A DNA stretch of 62,151 bases from Rhodoferax sp. (GCA_044339205.1 JBIIVW010000001.1:1-62151); one strand, 5' to 3'; positions 27,940-40,985 are shown, numbered from the stretch's first letter. Program-made: numbers and translations. The notes: generated by a model not told the origin, from the letters alone.

Positions 27940-29369
27940 AGCGGCTGTCCTTCTTCAACGGAGGGTGCGGAGGTCTGTTGCAACTCCAGCACTTTGACGG
28001 GTACGGCCCCGATCGAGCCCGCGCCCATGCACAGCACCACGTCATCGGCCCGTGCAGTGTCCAGAATGACTTGGGGCATGGCCAGAATATCGTCCACAAA
28101 CAAAGGTTCGATTTTGCCCGCCACCCGCAGTGCCCGGGCGAGGCTGCGACCATCGGCCGCCACAATCGGGGCCTCACCGGCGGCATAGACTTCAGCCAGC
28201 AGAACGGCATCGGCCAGCGCAATGACTTTCACAAAATCTTCAAAGCAGTCCCGCGTGCGGCTGAACCGGTGCGGCTGGAAAGCCAGCACCAAACGTCGAC
28301 CCGGGAACGCACCCCGCGCAGCAGCCAGCGTGGCCGCCATTTCCACCGGGTGGTGGCCGTAATCGTCCACTAGTGTGAAGGTGCCACCACCTTGCACCGG
28401 CACCTCGCCGTAGCGCTGAAAACGCCGGCCGACACCCTTGAATTCGGCCAGGGCCTTTTGAACAGCTGCGTCTTCAATGTTTAATTCCACCGCCACGGCA
28501 ATCGCCGACAGGGCGTTGAGTACGTTGTGGCGCCCAGGCAGGTTCAGCACCACCTCCAGGTCAGGCAGCACCACACCATTGCGCCGCTGCACAGTGAAGT
28601 GCATCTGGCCATCCACCGCCCGAACATTCACGGCGCGCACCTCGGCGCCTTCGTCAAAGCCATAGCTCGTAATCGGGCAGGTGACTTGCGGCACGATTTC
28701 CCGCACTGCCGGGTCGTCGGTGCACAAAATGGCCACGCCATAAAACGGCATGCGATGCAGAAAATCAACAAAAGCGCCTTTGAGCCGGGCAAAGTCATGC
28801 CCGTAGGTTTCCATGTGGTCGGCGTCGATGTTGGTCACCACGGCCATCACTGGCAGCAGGTTCAAGAACGAGGCATCCGACTCGTCGGCCTCGACCACGA
28901 TGTAGTCGCCCTGCCCCAGTCGGGCGTTGGCGCCCGCGCTGTTGAGGCGCCCGCCAATCACAAAGGTGGGATCCAGACCCGCTTCGGCCAACACGCTGGC
29001 CACCAGGCTGGTGGTGGTGGTTTTGCCGTGGGTGCCAGCAATGGCGACGCCCTTTTTAAGGCGCATCAACTCGGCCAGCATGAGTGCACGCGGCACCACG
29101 GGAATGCGGTTTTCACGCGCCTTGATCACCTCGGGGTTATCGGTTTGCACGGCAGTGGAGGTCACGACGGCGTCGGCCCCCTGCACATTGCCCGCGTCAT
29201 GGCCGATATAGGTGGTGATGCCCAGGGCACCCAGACGCTTGAGGGTCGCGCTGTCGCTCAGGTCAGAGCCAGAGATGGTGTAGCCCAGGTTGAACAGCAC
29301 CTCGGCAATGCCGGACATACCAACCCCGCCCAGGCCCACGAAATGGATGTGGCGCACAGCGTGCTTCAT
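27936..29369 (-). CDS. murC: UDP-N-acetylmuramate-L-alanine ligase
   Basis: [23 protein letters not shown] and DDYGHHP motifs. Confidence 0.97.
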   Translation of the reverse strand: MKHAVRHIHFVGLGGVGMSGIAEVLFNLGYTISGSDLSDSATLKRLGALGITTYIGHDAGNVQGADAVVTSTAVQTDNPEVIKARENRIPVVPRALMLAELMRLKKGVAIAGTHGKTTTTSLVASVLAEAGLDPTFVIGGRLNSAGANARLGQGDYIVVEADESDASFLNLLPVMAVVTNIDADHMETYGHDFARLKGAFVDFLHRMPFYGVAILCTDDPAVREIVPQVTCPITSYGFDEGAEVRAVNVRAVDGQMHFTVQRRNGVVLPDLEVVLNLPGRHNVLNALSAIAVAVELNIEDAAVQKALAEFKGVGRRFQRYGEVPVQGGGTFTLVDDYGHHPVEMAATLAAARGAFPGRRLVLAFQPHRFSRTRDCFEDFVKVIALADAVLLAEVYAAGEAPIVAADGRSLARALRVAGKIEPLFVDDILAMPQVILDTARADDVVLCMGAGSIGAVPVKVLELQQTSAPSVEEGQPL

Positions 29370-30451
29370 CGGGTCAACTCCTCACAGGCGGCCACGAGCT
29401 GGGCAACCGCATCTATTTTTTGCATCTTTTTGGCCTCTAGCCCGCACGTTAAAAGGGTTTCTCGTGTTGTTTTTTGTAGCATGTCAGCCAACCATTCAGG
29501 CGTCAATTGGGTTTGCGGCACCAGCCACCCGGCGCCATCACGCACCAGAAACTCGGCATTGACGGTCTGGTGGTCGTCCACGGCAAAGGGAAACGGCACA
29601 AACAGGGCCGCGGCGCCCACAGCGGCGATTTCAGTCACCGTGCTGGCACCGGCGCGGCAAATGACCAGGTCGGCATCGGCAAAGGCCTGGGCCGTGTCAT
29701 TGATGAACGGGGCGAGTTGCGCCTGCACACCGGCGGCCGTGTAGTTGGCTTGCAGGGCGTCAATCTGGCGGGCACCGCTTTGGTGGGTCACCACGGGGCG
29801 TTTGTCCGCAGGAATCAGGGCCAGTGCGCGCGGAACCACGTCGTTCAGGGCCTTGGCCCCCAGGCTGCCACCCAGCACCAGTACGTTGAGCGGCCCGCTG
29901 CGACCGGCAAAGCGAACCGCAGGGTCGGGCATGCGCAGGAAGTTGGCTCGCAAGGGGTTGCCGACCCACAGACCCTTTTTAAAGACATCCGGGAAGGCCG
30001 TGAAGATGCGGTCGGCCACGCCCGCCAGCACCTTGTTGGCCAGGCCCGCCACCGAGTTTTGCTCGTGCAGCACCAGCGGCTTGCCCAACAGCACACTCAT
30101 CATGCCGCCTGGAAAGCTGATGTAGCCGCCCAGCCCCACCACCACATCGGGCTTGACGCGGCGAACCACCTGAATGCTTTGCCAGAACGCCCGCAACAGA
30201 CGCACCGGCAGCAGCACCAGCGAGAGCCGGCCTTTGCCCCGCACGCCAGAAAAATCCACCGTTTCAAAGGCAAATCCCTGCGGCGGCACCAGCTGGCTTT
30301 CCATGGAGGGCTGCTCCGCGCTGCCCGTGCCACCCAGCCAGTGCACGAGCCAGCCGCGCTCCCGCAGGGCCTGCGCGACTGCCAAGCCAGGAAATATATG
30401 CCCGCCTGTGCCGCCGGCCATGACCAATGCAACCTTTTGTGCGACGCTCAT
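29366..30451 (-). CDS. murG: Lipid II GlcNAc transferase
   Basis: GGTGGH, HEQN, GGSLGA and RAGAST motifs. Confidence 0.97.
   Translation of the reverse strand: MSVAQKVALVMAGGTGGHIFPGLAVAQALRERGWLVHWLGGTGSAEQPSMESQLVPPQGFAFETVDFSGVRGKGRLSLVLLPVRLLRAFWQSIQVVRRVKPDVVVGLGGYISFPGGMMSVLLGKPLVLHEQNSVAGLANKVLAGVADRIFTAFPDVFKKGLWVGNPLRANFLRMPDPAVRFAGRSGPLNVLVLGGSLGAKALNDVVPRALALIPADKRPVVTHQSGARQIDALQANYTAAGVQAQLAPFINDTAQAFADADLVICRAGASTVTEIAAVGAAALFVPFPFAVDDHQTVNAEFLVRDGAGWLVPQTQLTPEWLADMLQKTTRETLLTCGLEAKKMQKIDAVAQLVAACEELTR
29418..29481 (-). repeat. 64-bp motif copy, sense within murG
   Basis: tgctacaaaaaacaacac-N18-gcgggctagaggcc-aaaaagatgcaaaa. Confidence 0.8.
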
Positions 30452-31704
30452 ACGCGGCCTCCGTGCATCAGGGTGCGGTTCTCGTAATCAATGCGCAACA
30501 CCACCGCCAGGGCGACCAGATTTACCAGGATCGCGGAGCCGCCATAGCTCATCAGCGGCAAGGTCAGGCCTTTGGTGGGCAGCGCGCCGAGGTTCACACC
30601 CATATTGATGAAGGCCTGAAAACCCATCCAGATACCCACGCCTTGCGACACCAGCCCGGCAAACACCCGGTCCAGCGCAATGGCCTGACGGCCGATGTGC
30701 ATCATGCGTCGCGTCAGCCAGACAAACAGGGCGATCGCAATCAAAACGCCCACCAAGCCAAATTCTTCGCCGATCACGGCCAGCAGAAAGTCGGTGTGTG
30801 CCTCGGGAAGCCAGTGCAACTTCTCGACGCTGCCACCCAGGCCCACGCCAAAAATCTCACCACGCCCGATGGCAATCAAGGAGTGGGTGAGCTGGTAGCC
30901 CTTGGCCAGCGCGTTTTGCTCGCTCCAGGGGTCCAGGTAAGCAAAGATACGCTCCCGGCGCCACTCGCTTGACGCAATGATCAAACCAAACGCCACGACC
31001 AAAATGGTGGCAATCAGGAAGAACATGCGGGCATTGACGCCGCCCAAAAACAGGATTCCCATGGCAATCACCGCAATCACCATGAACGCACCCATGTCCG
31101 GCTCGGCCAGCAGCAAGATGCCCACCACGCCCACCGCAGCGCCCATCGGCAGGACCGCGCGAAAGAAGCGCTCCTTGACCTCCATCTTGCGCACCATGTA
31201 ATTGGCCGCATAGAGCAGCACGGTGAATTTGGCCAGCTCGGACGGCTGAAAGCTGAACGGCCCGATGGATATCCAGCGACGCGCGCCGTACACCACCTTG
31301 CCTACATGGGGAATCAGCACCAGCACCAGCAGCGCGATGGACAGCACAAACAGCCACGGCGCAGCCTTTTCCCAGGTGGCCACAGGCACCTGAAACGCGA
31401 GCAGCGCGGCCACAAAAGCGATCACCAGCCACGCAGCGTGGCGCACCAGAAAGTAGGTGGGGGTGTAGCGGGCGAAGCGCGGGTTCTCCGGCATCGCAAT
31501 CGAGGCGGAATACACCATCACCAAGCCCCAGGCCAGCAGGGCCACGGTGACCCAGATCAAGGGCTGATCGAACCCCATCTCTCGGGTAGGCGCGCTGCCG
31601 GTCTCTGCGCGTCGTGTGGCCCCCAGGCGCACTGGCAGCACGTCGCCCACAGGCGCATTCAAACGGCCTGCCCAGGCCGACATGCGTTGAGCCAGGCCGC
31701 TCAC
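30448..31704 (-). CDS. ftsW: Peptidoglycan glycosyltransferase FtsW
   Basis: [20 protein letters not shown] and [15 protein letters not shown] motifs; the GTG start overlaps the murD stop. Confidence 0.95.
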   Translation of the reverse strand: MSGLAQRMSAWAGRLNAPVGDVLPVRLGATRRAETGSAPTREMGFDQPLIWVTVALLAWGLVMVYSASIAMPENPRFARYTPTYFLVRHAAWLVIAFVAALLAFQVPVATWEKAAPWLFVLSIALLVLVLIPHVGKVVYGARRWISIGPFSFQPSELAKFTVLLYAANYMVRKMEVKERFFRAVLPMGAAVGVVGILLLAEPDMGAFMVIAVIAMGILFLGGVNARMFFLIATILVVAFGLIIASSEWRRERIFAYLDPWSEQNALAKGYQLTHSLIAIGRGEIFGVGLGGSVEKLHWLPEAHTDFLLAVIGEEFGLVGVLIAIALFVWLTRRMMHIGRQAIALDRVFAGLVSQGVGIWMGFQAFINMGVNLGALPTKGLTLPLMSYGGSAILVNLVALAVVLRIDYENRTLMHGGRV

Positions 31705-33290
31705 AGCGAGTCCTCCATCTGCACGCCCGCTGCGTGGGCCATCTCCTGGACAGCCTCGCAAAACACACGGGCCCGGTGCTCGTAGTTGTCAAACATGTCA
31801 AAACTGGCACAGGCGGGGGACATCAACACCGCATCACCCGCATGGGCCTGCGCATTGGCCAGTAGCACGGCCTGAGGCATGGAATCGGCGTCCAAAAGCA
31901 CCACACCGGTGTCTTGCAGCGCGGCACGAATCAGCGGCGCATCGCGCCCGATCAGCACCACGGCACGCGCATGGCGCGCCACAGCCGAGGCCAGTGGCGA
32001 AAAGTCCTGGCCCTTGCCTTCGCCGCCCAGAATGGCGATCACCTTGCGGTCAGCTCCAAGGCCAGTCAGGGCCGCTGCCGTGGCGCCCACGTTGGTACCC
32101 TTGCTGTCGTCAAAAAACTCCACCTCGTTGAACAGGCCGATCGACTGCACCCGATGCGGTTCGCCCCGGTAGTCCCGCAGGCCATACAGCACCGGGCCCA
32201 GTGCGCAGCCCCCGACGCAGGCCAGAGCCAGCGCCGCCAACGCATTCAGTGCGTTGTGACGCCCGCGAATGCGCAGCGCATCAGCTGGCATCAAGCGCTG
32301 GATGTGAATTTCTTCGGCGGCCTCGTTGCGTTTGCGGCGGGTCTCGTCGGCTTCCAGCGCGCGCACGAGCCAGACCATGCCGTTGACTTCTTCCAGACCA
32401 AAATCACCGGGGCGTTGCGGCGCATCTCCGCCAAAGGTGACGTAGGGGCGCAGCACGGGACGCTGCAATTTGACCCGTACCGGTGCGGGCAGCAGGGCCA
32501 TCACGGTCGGGTCATCACGGTTGAGCACCATTAGCCCCTGCTGGCCAAAAATCTGGCGCTTGGCATGCACATAGGCGGCCAGGCTGCCGTGCCAGTCGAG
32601 ATGGTCCTGGGTGATGTTGAGCACCGTGGCGGCGGTCGGCTCAAAGCCGGTTTCACCGTCGAGCTGGAAGCTGGACAACTCAATCACCCAGACCTCGGGC
32701 AAGGTGCCGGCATCCAGGTGGGCGCTCAGGGTGTCCAGCAGCGTGGGGCCAATGTTGCCGGCCACGGCCACGGTCTTGCCGGCCCGGCTCACCAGCTGCC
32801 CGGTGAGCGCGGTGACGGTGGTTTTTCCGTTGGTGCCAGTGATGGCCAACACCTGCGGGTTGTAGCCCCGCTGGGCCTTCAGATCGGTCAAAGCTTGAGA
32901 AAACAAGCCTAACTCACCCCTAGCCGGCAGACCGATTGCTTTGGCACAGTCAAAAACAGGAGCAACCTCCAAAGGTGTCAAGCCCGGGCTTTTGTACACG
33001 GCAGACAGGTCAGCGCCGTCCACCAGGCTGGCGCTCAGCGGGCCGCTGATAAAACGGGCTTCGGGCACTTCGCGTTGCAGGGCTGCTAACTGTGCGGGGG
33101 CCTCGCGGGTGTCCGCCACCGTGACCCGGGCACCTGAGCGGGCGCACCAGCGCGCCATGGCCAGGCCGGAGAGGCCCAGGCCCAGAATCAGGACGTGTTG
33201 ACTGCCAAGCCGCTCCGCACCCGGCCACGCGAACGCGACAGCCGCCTCGGAAGGCAAAGCCGCTTGATCGTCAACGTGGAGCATGGTCAT
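31701..33290 (-). CDS. murD: UDP-MurNAc-L-Ala-D-glutamate ligase
   Basis: [28 protein letters not shown] and SPACASFD motifs; start about 33290. Confidence 0.95.
   Translation of the reverse strand: MTMLHVDDQAALPSEAAVAFAWPGAERLGSQHVLILGLGLSGLAMARWCARSGARVTVADTREAPAQLAALQREVPEARFISGPLSASLVDGADLSAVYKSPGLTPLEVAPVFDCAKAIGLPARGELGLFSQALTDLKAQRGYNPQVLAITGTNGKTTVTALTGQLVSRAGKTVAVAGNIGPTLLDTLSAHLDAGTLPEVWVIELSSFQLDGETGFEPTAATVLNITQDHLDWHGSLAAYVHAKRQIFGQQGLMVLNRDDPTVMALLPAPVRVKLQRPVLRPYVTFGGDAPQRPGDFGLEEVNGMVWLVRALEADETRRKRNEAAEEIHIQRLMPADALRIRGRHNALNALAALALACVGGCALGPVLYGLRDYRGEPHRVQSIGLFNEVEFFDDSKGTNVGATAAALTGLGADRKVIAILGGEGKGQDFSPLASAVARHARAVVLIGRDAPLIRAALQDTGVVLLDADSMPQAVLLANAQAHAGDAVLMSPACASFDMFDNYEHRARVFCEAVQEMAHAAGVQMEDSL
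32901..32964 (-). repeat. 64-bp motif copy, sense within murD
   Basis: tgctcctgtttttgactg-N18-gccggctaggggtg-agttaggcttgttt. Confidence 0.75.
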
Positions 33291-33292
33291 GG

Positions 33293-34471
33293 CTAGCGCA
33301 GCTTCAAGGTTGACAGGCCGACCAGGCACAAGAGCATGGTGATGATCCAGAAGCGCACCACCACCTGGGTCTCTTTCCAGCCGCTTTTCTCGAAGTGGTG
33401 GTGCAGAGGGGCCATTTTGAGCAGGCGCCGGCCCGTGCCAAAGCGCTTTTTGGTGAATTTGAACCAGGTCACCTGAAGCATGACGGACAGGGCTTCGACC
33501 ACAAAAATCCCGCCCATGATGGCCAGTACGATTTCCTGGCGCACGATCACGGCAATGGTGCCCAGCGCTGCGCCGAGCGCCAGCGCGCCCACATCCCCCA
33601 TGAAAACCTGCGCCGGGTGGGTGTTGAACCACAAGAAGGCCAGGCCTGCGCCAGCCATCGCAGCACAAAACACCAGCAACTCGCCAGTGCCCGGAATGTG
33701 CGGGAAAAACAGGTACTTGGAGTACACCAGACTGCCTGTCACATAGGCAAAAATACCCAGAGCCGAACCCACCATGACCACCGGCATGATGGCCAACCCA
33801 TCCAGACCATCGGTCAGGTTCACCGCGTTACTCGACCCCACAATGACCAGATAGGTCAGGATCACAAATCCGAAAACGCCCAGCGGATAGCTGATTTCCT
33901 TGAAAAAAGGCAGCATCAGGCCCGCCTTGGGCGGCAGGTCCATGTCAAACCCGGACTTGACCCAGCTGAAGAACAGTTCCAGCACGCGCAGATTCGAGTT
34001 TTCAGAAATGCTGAACACCAGGTAAAGCGCCGCCAGCAGGCCAATAACCGACTGCCAAAAATACTTTTCACGTGAACGCATGCCCTCGGGGTCCTTGTGA
34101 ACCACCTTGCGCCAGTCGTCCGCCCAGCCAATGGCCCCAAACGCCAGGGTGACCAGCAACACAATCCACACAAACCGGTTGCTCAGGTCCACCCAAAGGA
34201 GCGTGGAGAGGGTGATGCACAACAAAATCAGCACCCCGCCCATGGTGGGGGTGCCGCTTTTGCTCAGGTGCGACTCCATGCCATAGCCGCGAATGGGCTG
34301 GCCGATCTTGAGCGCGGTCAGGCGCCGGATCACGAACGGCCCCGCCACCAGCCCCATCAGCAAGGCCGTCATGGCGGCCATCACGGCCCGAAACGTCAGG
34401 TACTGGAAGACCCGGAAAAAACCAAATTCAGGCGACAGGGTCTGCAACCACTGCGCAAGGTAGATCAACAT
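33293..34471 (-). CDS. mraY: Phospho-MurNAc-pentapeptide transferase
   Basis: [23 protein letters not shown] and APLHHHFE motifs. Confidence 0.97.
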   Translation of the reverse strand: MLIYLAQWLQTLSPEFGFFRVFQYLTFRAVMAAMTALLMGLVAGPFVIRRLTALKIGQPIRGYGMESHLSKSGTPTMGGVLILLCITLSTLLWVDLSNRFVWIVLLVTLAFGAIGWADDWRKVVHKDPEGMRSREKYFWQSVIGLLAALYLVFSISENSNLRVLELFFSWVKSGFDMDLPPKAGLMLPFFKEISYPLGVFGFVILTYLVIVGSSNAVNLTDGLDGLAIMPVVMVGSALGIFAYVTGSLVYSKYLFFPHIPGTGELLVFCAAMAGAGLAFLWFNTHPAQVFMGDVGALALGAALGTIAVIVRQEIVLAIMGGIFVVEALSVMLQVTWFKFTKKRFGTGRRLLKMAPLHHHFEKSGWKETQVVVRFWIITMLLCLVGLSTLKLR

Positions 34472-35892
34472 GCTGCAGTTCCCTTGTTTTCTTGTTCGTG
34501 CTGAAGAATGGCCGCAACCACTTGCTCCATCTTCATGAATCGCGAGCCCTTGACGACGATGCTGCCCATTTGGGGCAGCGCCGCCAGCACAGCCGCCTGA
34601 AGCGCGGCCATATCGGCAAAATGACGACCCGCGCCAAAAGCTTCGCTCGTCGACGCAGACAGCTGGCCCAGCGTGAATACGGCGTCAATGCCTTTCAAGT
34701 GGGCATGCTGTCCGGCCTGGGCATGAAAAGCAGGGCCCTCGTCGCCGACTTCGCCCATGTCACCCAACACCAGCAAATGGGGGCCTGGCAGGCTGGCCAG
34801 CACATCAATGGCGGCCTGAACCGAGTCGGGATTCGCGTTGTAGCTGTCGTCCACCAGCGTGATGGCGCGGCCCGCTACGTGCACCAGCAGCGCCCTGGAT
34901 CGGCCCTTGACCGGCTCAAACGCTGCCAGACCAAGCGCAATCGGCGCCAGCGGCACGCCAGCCGCGAGCGCGCAAGTCACCGCAGCCAGCGAGTTCTTGA
35001 CGTTGTGCAGACCCGCAATATGCAGGGCATAACTCAATGGCCCCGCCGGCGTGCGGACCGACACCTGCCAGGCGTCCCCAGACCACTGTGCGACCAGGCA
35101 GCTCACGTCGGCGTGATGAGCGACATCGGCACTGAAGGTGAGCGTGGTGCGCGGGCCGGCCTTGGCTGCCCATAGCGCACTGAAGGCGTCATCAGAGGGG
35201 AAGACGGCCACGCCCTGGGCGGGCAGCGCGTCAATGACCGAGCCGTTTTCTTGGGCCACGGCATCAACCGTGCCCATGAATTCAAGGTGCTCGCGCTGGG
35301 CGTTGTTGACCAGCGCGACGGTGGGTTGGGTGATAGCCGCCAGGATGGCGATTTCACCGGGATGGTTCATGCCGAGTTCGACCACCGCGATCTCATGTTG
35401 GGCGCGCAGGCGCGACAGGGTCAAAGGCACACCGATATCGTTGTTGAGATTGCCTTGGGTGGCCAGGCAGGCTTGGGGCTTAAAGGCGCGCAGGATGGCA
35501 GCCACCATCTGGGTCACTGTGGTTTTGCCGTTGCTGCCCGTCACCGCGATCAGCGGCATGTTGAATTGCGCCCGCCACGCGGTAGCCAGCGCGGCCAATG
35601 CCAGTTTGGCATCCGGTACGACCAGTCCCGGCAGGCCAGCGGCTTGCAGACGCGCATCGGCATCGCCCTGGCAAATGGCGGCCACGGCGCCCCGGGCCCG
35701 GGCCTCGGTCAGAAAATCATTGCCATCAAATCGCTCACCCCGCAACGCCACAAACAGGTCGCCGGGCTCAATCGTGCGGGTGTCGGTGTGAACCCGCTGG
35801 AAAGACAACCCGCCACCTTGACCCAAGGGGTCCACGAGCCGCGCGTTCTCCAGGAAGCGCATGGCTTGTTGCAGGGTCATCATTTCAAGCAT
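34465..35892 (-). CDS. murF: UDP-MurNAc-tripeptide-D-Ala-D-Ala ligase
   Basis: [21 protein letters not shown] and DDSYNANP motifs; start approximate. Confidence 0.95.
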   Translation of the reverse strand: MLEMMTLQQAMRFLENARLVDPLGQGGGLSFQRVHTDTRTIEPGDLFVALRGERFDGNDFLTEARARGAVAAICQGDADARLQAAGLPGLVVPDAKLALAALATAWRAQFNMPLIAVTGSNGKTTVTQMVAAILRAFKPQACLATQGNLNNDIGVPLTLSRLRAQHEIAVVELGMNHPGEIAILAAITQPTVALVNNAQREHLEFMGTVDAVAQENGSVIDALPAQGVAVFPSDDAFSALWAAKAGPRTTLTFSADVAHHADVSCLVAQWSGDAWQVSVRTPAGPLSYALHIAGLHNVKNSLAAVTCALAAGVPLAPIALGLAAFEPVKGRSRALLVHVAGRAITLVDDSYNANPDSVQAAIDVLASLPGPHLLVLGDMGEVGDEGPAFHAQAGQHAHLKGIDAVFTLGQLSASTSEAFGAGRHFADMAALQAAVLAALPQMGSIVVKGSRFMKMEQVVAAILQHEQENKGTAAC

Positions 35893-37444
35893 GGGATGCT
35901 CCCGAGTGCGCATCTGAGGCATCCCACTGGCCCAAGGCCTCGCGCAGGTGCACCAAATCCGAGAACACCAATCGCTGGCCGGCCACTTCCTGGTAGTCCT
36001 CATGGCCCTTGCCAGCAATCAACAGCACATCCTGAGGTGCTGCTGCTGCAAGTGCGCGGACAAGGGCCTGTGCACGGTCTGGCTCCACCACGACCTGCGC
36101 GTGACCGCTCAGGCCCAGCAAAATCTGGCTGATGATGAGTTCGGGCTTCTCGTTGCGCGGGTTGTCGCTGGTCACCACCACCCAGTCGGCATGGTGGGCG
36201 GCCACGGCACCCATCAGCGGTCGCTTGGCCGCATCGCGGTTGCCGCCGCAGCCAAACACGCACCAGAGTTGCCCGCCTCGTTGTGCTGCCAGCGGACGCA
36301 ACGCCTTCAGCGCCTTGGCCAAGGCATCGGGCGTGTGGGCATAGTCCACCGCCGCCAGAGGCTGACCAGCACCACCCACAAACTCCATGCGACCGGGCAC
36401 CGGCGTCAAATCGGCACAAGACGCCACGGCAGCGGCCAGTGGCACGCCCAGCACACGCAAGGTGGCGATCACGCCCAGCAGGTTGGCGATGTTATAGGCA
36501 CCAATCAGGTGGGTTTGGAGCACGGGGGCCTCACCCAATACGCCCTGCTCCCGCACGGTAAAACGCATGCCCTGAACACCATGGCTGATGTCACATGCCT
36601 GCAAGCGAGCGGCCTGACTACAAGAGACCGTCCACACATCGCGCACCTTGTCCACCAGAGATTCGGCAAGGGCCTCGCCCTGGGCATCGTCCACATTGAT
36701 GACAGCAGCCTGCAGCCCGGCCCACTGAAACAGCCGGGCCTTGGCTTGCCAATAAGCGGCCATGGTGCCGTGGTAGTCCAGGTGATCCTGGGTGAAATTG
36801 GTGAAGATCGCGGTGTGGATATGGGTTCCGTCCAGGCGGTGTTCCTCGATCCCGATAGAGGACACCTCAATGGCACAGGCCTGCACACCTTCAATCAAAA
36901 ATCGCCTGAAGGTCTGCTGAAGCAATACCGGGTCCGGGGTGGTCAGGCCGGTGGCCACGCAGGCGCCCAACGCAGAGCCCAGCCCTTTGGCGACACCGGG
37001 CGCTGGCGGGTGGCCAATACCCAAAGTACCCACCAGCCCGCAGGAAATCGGCTTGTCTTGCTTCAAATAAGTGAGTGCCTGGGCCAGCCACCACGCGGTG
37101 GAGGTTTTTCCGTTGGTTCCAGTCACTGCCAGCACCTGCAGCTGCTCACTGGGGTGCCCGAAAAATGCCGCTGCAATCGGGCCGCTGGCGGCCTTGAGTT
37201 GCTCGTAGGAGGCAACCGACGGGTCGTTGAACGCATGGGCGTCCAGACCCTTGCGCTCTACCAGGCACGCGGTAGCGCCGCGAGCCAGTGCCGATGCCAC
37301 ATGCACTCTGGCGTCGGTTGCAGCGCCAGGCCAGGCAATGAAACCGTCACCCGGCTGCACCTTGCGGCTGTCGGCGTGAAGCGTACCGGTGACACGAGCG
37401 CGCAGCCACTGAGCGGCCTCCAGAGGGGTAGTCAATTCAAGCAT
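35885..37444 (-). CDS. murE: UDP-MurNAc-dipeptide-meso-DAP ligase
   Basis: TGTNGKTS, TTPD, DYAHTPD, DNPR and AGKGHE motifs. Confidence 0.96.
   Translation of the reverse strand: MLELTTPLEAAQWLRARVTGTLHADSRKVQPGDGFIAWPGAATDARVHVASALARGATACLVERKGLDAHAFNDPSVASYEQLKAASGPIAAAFFGHPSEQLQVLAVTGTNGKTSTAWWLAQALTYLKQDKPISCGLVGTLGIGHPPAPGVAKGLGSALGACVATGLTTPDPVLLQQTFRRFLIEGVQACAIEVSSIGIEEHRLDGTHIHTAIFTNFTQDHLDYHGTMAAYWQAKARLFQWAGLQAAVINVDDAQGEALAESLVDKVRDVWTVSCSQAARLQACDISHGVQGMRFTVREQGVLGEAPVLQTHLIGAYNIANLLGVIATLRVLGVPLAAAVASCADLTPVPGRMEFVGGAGQPLAAVDYAHTPDALAKALKALRPLAAQRGGQLWCVFGCGGNRDAAKRPLMGAVAAHHADWVVVTSDNPRNEKPELIISQILLGLSGHAQVVVEPDRAQALVRALAAAAPQDVLLIAGKGHEDYQEVAGQRLVFSDLVHLREALGQWDASDAHSGASHA
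37014..37077 (-). repeat. Degenerate 64-bp motif copy, sense within murE
   Basis: cactcacttatttgaagc-N18-gcgggctggtgggt-actttgggtattgg. Confidence 0.6.
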
Positions 37445-39186
37445 CAGAAGCTCTCCTCGACCGGTTGGGCCACGATCTGGGGCTTGACGGTCATGTCGGG
37501 CTGGACACCCATCATGCGCAAGGTCTGCTGCACTACTTCGCTGAACACGGGCGCGGCGACCACGCCGCCGTAATATTGCCCCGCACTGGGTTCGTCCAGC
37601 ATCACCGCCACAATGATGCGGGGCGTCTCGATCGGGGCCATGCCGACGAACCAGCCTCGGTACTTGCGGTTTTTGGCGGTGCCATACCCCTTGCCAATTT
37701 GCTTGTACGCCGTGCCCGACTTGCCGCCCACCGAATAACCGATGGTCTGCGCCTTCTGACCCGTGCCGCCAGGCCCTGCCGCCATTTGCAGCATCTTGCG
37801 CACCTGTCCCGCTGTGCGTGCCGACAACACCTGCACACCCACGGCGGGTTCGCTACTCTTGAGCATGGTGGCGGGAATGATCTGACCATCGTGAGAAAAC
37901 ACGGTGTAGGAGCGAGCCATCTGAAACAGGGATGCGGACAGACCGTAGCCATAGCTCATGGTGGCCTGTTCAATCGGGCGCCAAGTCTTGTGCGGACGCA
38001 GGCGGCCCGACACGGCGCCGGGAAAACTGATTTGCGGCTTTTGCCCAAAGCCGGCGTTGGAGAACAACTCCCACATTTCGCGTGCGGGCATCTGCATGGC
38101 GATCTTGGCAGTGCCGATGTTGCTGGATTTCTGGATCACACCTTCGACCGTCAGCATGCCGTTGGGGTGCGAGTCCGAGATGGTGGAGCCGGTGATGGTA
38201 TAGCGGCCATTGCCGGTGTCGATCATGGTTTGCGGCGTGAGGCGCCCGGTCTCCAGGCCCAAGCCCACCGTGAACGGCTTCATCACCGAACCGGGCTCGA
38301 AGGTGTCAGTCAACGCCCGATTGCGCAATTGTTCACCGGTCAGATTGCGCCGCCTGGACGGGGAATAGCTGGGGTAATTGGCCAGCGCCAGCACCTCGCC
38401 CGTGACAGCGTCCAGCACCACCACGCTGCCTGCACGTGCCTTGTGCAGTTGCACGGCATCGCGCAGCTTTTGGTAGGCGAAGTACTGCACCTTGCTGTCC
38501 ACGCTCAATTGCAGATCGCGCCCGTCGGCCGGCGGCACGGTCTCTCCGACCGCTTCAACCACCCGGCCCATCCGGTCCTTGATTACACGCCGTGAACCAT
38601 TGCGCCCGGCAAGCTCTTTGTTGAAGGCCAGTTCAATGCCCTCTTGCCCAATGTCCTCGACATTGGTGAATCCGACCACGTGGGCCAGCGCCTCGCCTTC
38701 GGGGTACTCACGTCTGTACTCCATGCGCTGGTAAACGCCCTTGATGCCCAGCGCCGCAATCTCCTTGCCCACCGACTCGTCCACCTGACGTTTGAGCCAG
38801 ACAAAGGTTTTGTCTTCATCGGCGAGGCGTTTGTCCAGATCAGCCAGCGGCATCTCCAGCAATTTGGCCAATTTCTCGAGCTGGCCCCTGTCCCGCTCCA
38901 CGTCTTCCGGAATGGCCCAGATGCTGGGCGCCGGAATGCTGGAGGCCAAAATCAAACCATTGCGGTCCAGTACACGCCCCCGATTGGCGGGCAGAGACAA
39001 GGTTCGGGCAAATCGCACCTCACCCTGCTTTTGAAAAAAATCATTGGCCACTACCTGAATGTAGGCCGCACGGGCCGCCAGGCCGGCAAAGCCCAAGGCA
39101 ATGGCCGCCACAATGAGCTTGCTGCGCCAGACCGGTGTGCGGCTGGCCAGCAGCGGACTGGCCGTGTAAGTGATGCCGCGCCTCAC
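37444..39186 (-). CDS. ftsI: Penicillin-binding protein 3
   Basis: EPGSVMK (SxxK), SSN and KSGT motifs. Confidence 0.95.
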   Translation of the reverse strand: MRRGITYTASPLLASRTPVWRSKLIVAAIALGFAGLAARAAYIQVVANDFFQKQGEVRFARTLSLPANRGRVLDRNGLILASSIPAPSIWAIPEDVERDRGQLEKLAKLLEMPLADLDKRLADEDKTFVWLKRQVDESVGKEIAALGIKGVYQRMEYRREYPEGEALAHVVGFTNVEDIGQEGIELAFNKELAGRNGSRRVIKDRMGRVVEAVGETVPPADGRDLQLSVDSKVQYFAYQKLRDAVQLHKARAGSVVVLDAVTGEVLALANYPSYSPSRRRNLTGEQLRNRALTDTFEPGSVMKPFTVGLGLETGRLTPQTMIDTGNGRYTITGSTISDSHPNGMLTVEGVIQKSSNIGTAKIAMQMPAREMWELFSNAGFGQKPQISFPGAVSGRLRPHKTWRPIEQATMSYGYGLSASLFQMARSYTVFSHDGQIIPATMLKSSEPAVGVQVLSARTAGQVRKMLQMAAGPGGTGQKAQTIGYSVGGKSGTAYKQIGKGYGTAKNRKYRGWFVGMAPIETPRIIVAVMLDEPSAGQYYGGVVAAPVFSEVVQQTLRMMGVQPDMTVKPQIVAQPVEESF

Positions 39187-39512
39187 TGGATCAACCCCGC
39201 TGCCGTGCGACCCAAGCCGACGTCTGCCCCCGACACGACGCTGGCCGCCGTGTCTTTGTCAAGGTAGTGGGTAATGGCTGGGGTCACCGGGCGCATCTGC
39301 AATTGGGTTTTGGCCAGGCGCTCCACGCGCAAAGGTGTGGCCTGAGCGCGTTTCTCCACGTGCAGGCGCTCCAGATCGGCGGCAAGTCGGCGAGCCTCGG
39401 ATCGGGACCGATCCAGCTCGGAGAACAAGCGACGCGACTCGTACTGCACGTTGACCAGATACAAGGCGCTGGCCACCACAGCCAGCAACAGCACCAGATT
39501 GACCCGGATCAT
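39183..39512 (-). CDS. ftsL: Cell division protein FtsL
   Basis: TM helix plus coiled coil, between rsmH and ftsI. Confidence 0.9.
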   Translation of the reverse strand: MIRVNLVLLLAVVASALYLVNVQYESRRLFSELDRSRSEARRLAADLERLHVEKRAQATPLRVERLAKTQLQMRPVTPAITHYLDKDTAASVVSGADVGLGRTAAGLIQ

Positions 39513-40462
39513 GCCGCGGTCCTTTGCGCCACTCGCATGATGGCGCTGCGCGAACGGGGATTGGCTGCCACCTCGGCGGCGCTCGGCTTGATGCGGTCCA
39601 GCGCCTGCAACTTCATGACCTTCGGGGGCGCAAACGGGTTGCGGCGGTCGTACTCGTCACGCGAATGTTTGGCGATGAACTGCTTGACGATCCGGTCTTC
39701 AAGTGAATGAAAGCTGATGACCACCAGGCGCCCACCGGGCGCCAACACTTGCAGACTGGCCTCTAGGGCCTGTTGCAGCTCTTCAAGCTCGGCGTTGATG
39801 AAAATCCGAAAAGCCTGAAATGTGCGCGTTGCAGGGTTCTGGCCCTGCTCGCGGGTTTTGACCGTGTCAGCCACGAGTTGGGCCAACTCGGTGGTGGTTG
39901 AAATAGGGCCCCGTTCCTGTCGGCGAGCAACAATCGTCTTTGCAATTGCCCCAGCAAACCGTTCTTCGCCGTAATCACGTATCACCTCCGTTATTTTGTC
40001 AACATCGGCGTAGGCCAGCCATTGCGCCACACTTTCGCCACGTGTCGTATCCATGCGCATGTCCAGTGGAGCCTCGAATCTAAAACTGAAACCGCGCTCT
40101 GCTTTGTCGATCTGCGGCGAACTGATGCCCAAGTCCAGCAACAAACCCGAAACGCTGGCGGGTGGCAACTCCCCCAGGTGGGAAAAGCCCTGGTGCCGGA
40201 TGGAAAAGCGCGAGTCCTGAATAGTGGCTGCCTCGGCCAGTGCTTCCAGATCCTTGTCGAAAGCAATCAAGCGCCCATCAGCGCCCAGCCGGGAAAGAAT
40301 CAGCCGGCTGTGCCCGCCCCTGCCAAAGGTGCCATCCACGTAGGTGCACGGACCCGCCTCAAGCGGGCTGGCCACGACATCGGTGTCGCCATTGGCGTTG
40401 TCAAGAAGCGCATCAACCGCTTCATTCAACAACACGGTCGTGTGTGTCAGGGAATTTTCCAC
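39509..40462 (-). CDS. rsmH: 16S rRNA m4C1402 methyltransferase
   Basis: [24 protein letters not shown] and ISFHSLEDR motifs. Confidence 0.97.
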   Translation of the reverse strand: MENSLTHTTVLLNEAVDALLDNANGDTDVVASPLEAGPCTYVDGTFGRGGHSRLILSRLGADGRLIAFDKDLEALAEAATIQDSRFSIRHQGFSHLGELPPASVSGLLLDLGISSPQIDKAERGFSFRFEAPLDMRMDTTRGESVAQWLAYADVDKITEVIRDYGEERFAGAIAKTIVARRQERGPISTTTELAQLVADTVKTREQGQNPATRTFQAFRIFINAELEELQQALEASLQVLAPGGRLVVISFHSLEDRIVKQFIAKHSRDEYDRRNPFAPPKVMKLQALDRIKPSAAEVAANPRSRSAIMRVAQRTAA

Positions 40463-40471
40463 CGCCAGCCT

Positions 40472-40900
40472 TCAGAAAGAGAAGTCCTTGAAGACATCGG
40501 GCATTTCAGCTTGCATGGCTTGGGCTTCCTGGGCATCGTAGGTGGACTTGTCCCACAGTTCGAAATGGTTGCCCATGCCCAGCAAGACCGTTTCACGGCT
40601 GATGCTGGCAGCTGACCTCAACTCCGGAGACACCAGGATGCGGCCCGTTCCGTCTAGCTCCACATCCATGGCGTTACCCAGAAAAATACGTTTCCACCAC
40701 TGCGCCGACATGGGCAGTGCAGCAATGCGCTCACGGAATTTCTCCCACTCCGGGCGGGGGAACACCATCAGGCAACCATGCGGATGCTTGGTGAGCGTGA
40801 GTTGGCCGGCGGCGGTGGCTGTCAGGACGTCACGGTGCCGGGTCGGCACAGACAGCCGCCCCTTTGCATCCAGACTTAATGATGACGCCCCTTGAAACAC
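40472..40900 (-). CDS. mraZ: Transcriptional regulator MraZ
   Basis: Two DxxGR motifs (DAKGR, DGTGR); start GTG 40900. Confidence 0.95.
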   Translation of the reverse strand: MFQGASSLSLDAKGRLSVPTRHRDVLTATAAGQLTLTKHPHGCLMVFPRPEWEKFRERIAALPMSAQWWKRIFLGNAMDVELDGTGRILVSPELRSAASISRETVLLGMGNHFELWDKSTYDAQEAQAMQAEMPDVFKDFSF

Positions 40901-40950
40901 AACAGCACACTCTCTTTTGGTGAAAATACAAAGAAATGGAAACGCCGAGG

Positions 40951-40985
40951 GCACTTTTCACCACTTAATTGCACTTTTTTGCACT
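40951..40985 (-). promoter_or_regulatory. MraZ-binding direct repeats
   Basis: (G/C)CACT at 40951, 40961, 40971 and 40981, an exact 10-bp period (AGTG(C/G) on the minus strand). Confidence 0.75.

Noticed and set aside
24819-38595. Long + strand ORFs antisense to dcw genes (e.g. 24819-26426, 35948-37573)
   Set aside because: These are shadow ORFs expected from high-GC codon bias, with no recognisable motifs.
39758-39807. CTAGAGGCC core (minus strand) in rsmH
   Set aside because: There is no left palindromic arm at the 18-bp spacing.
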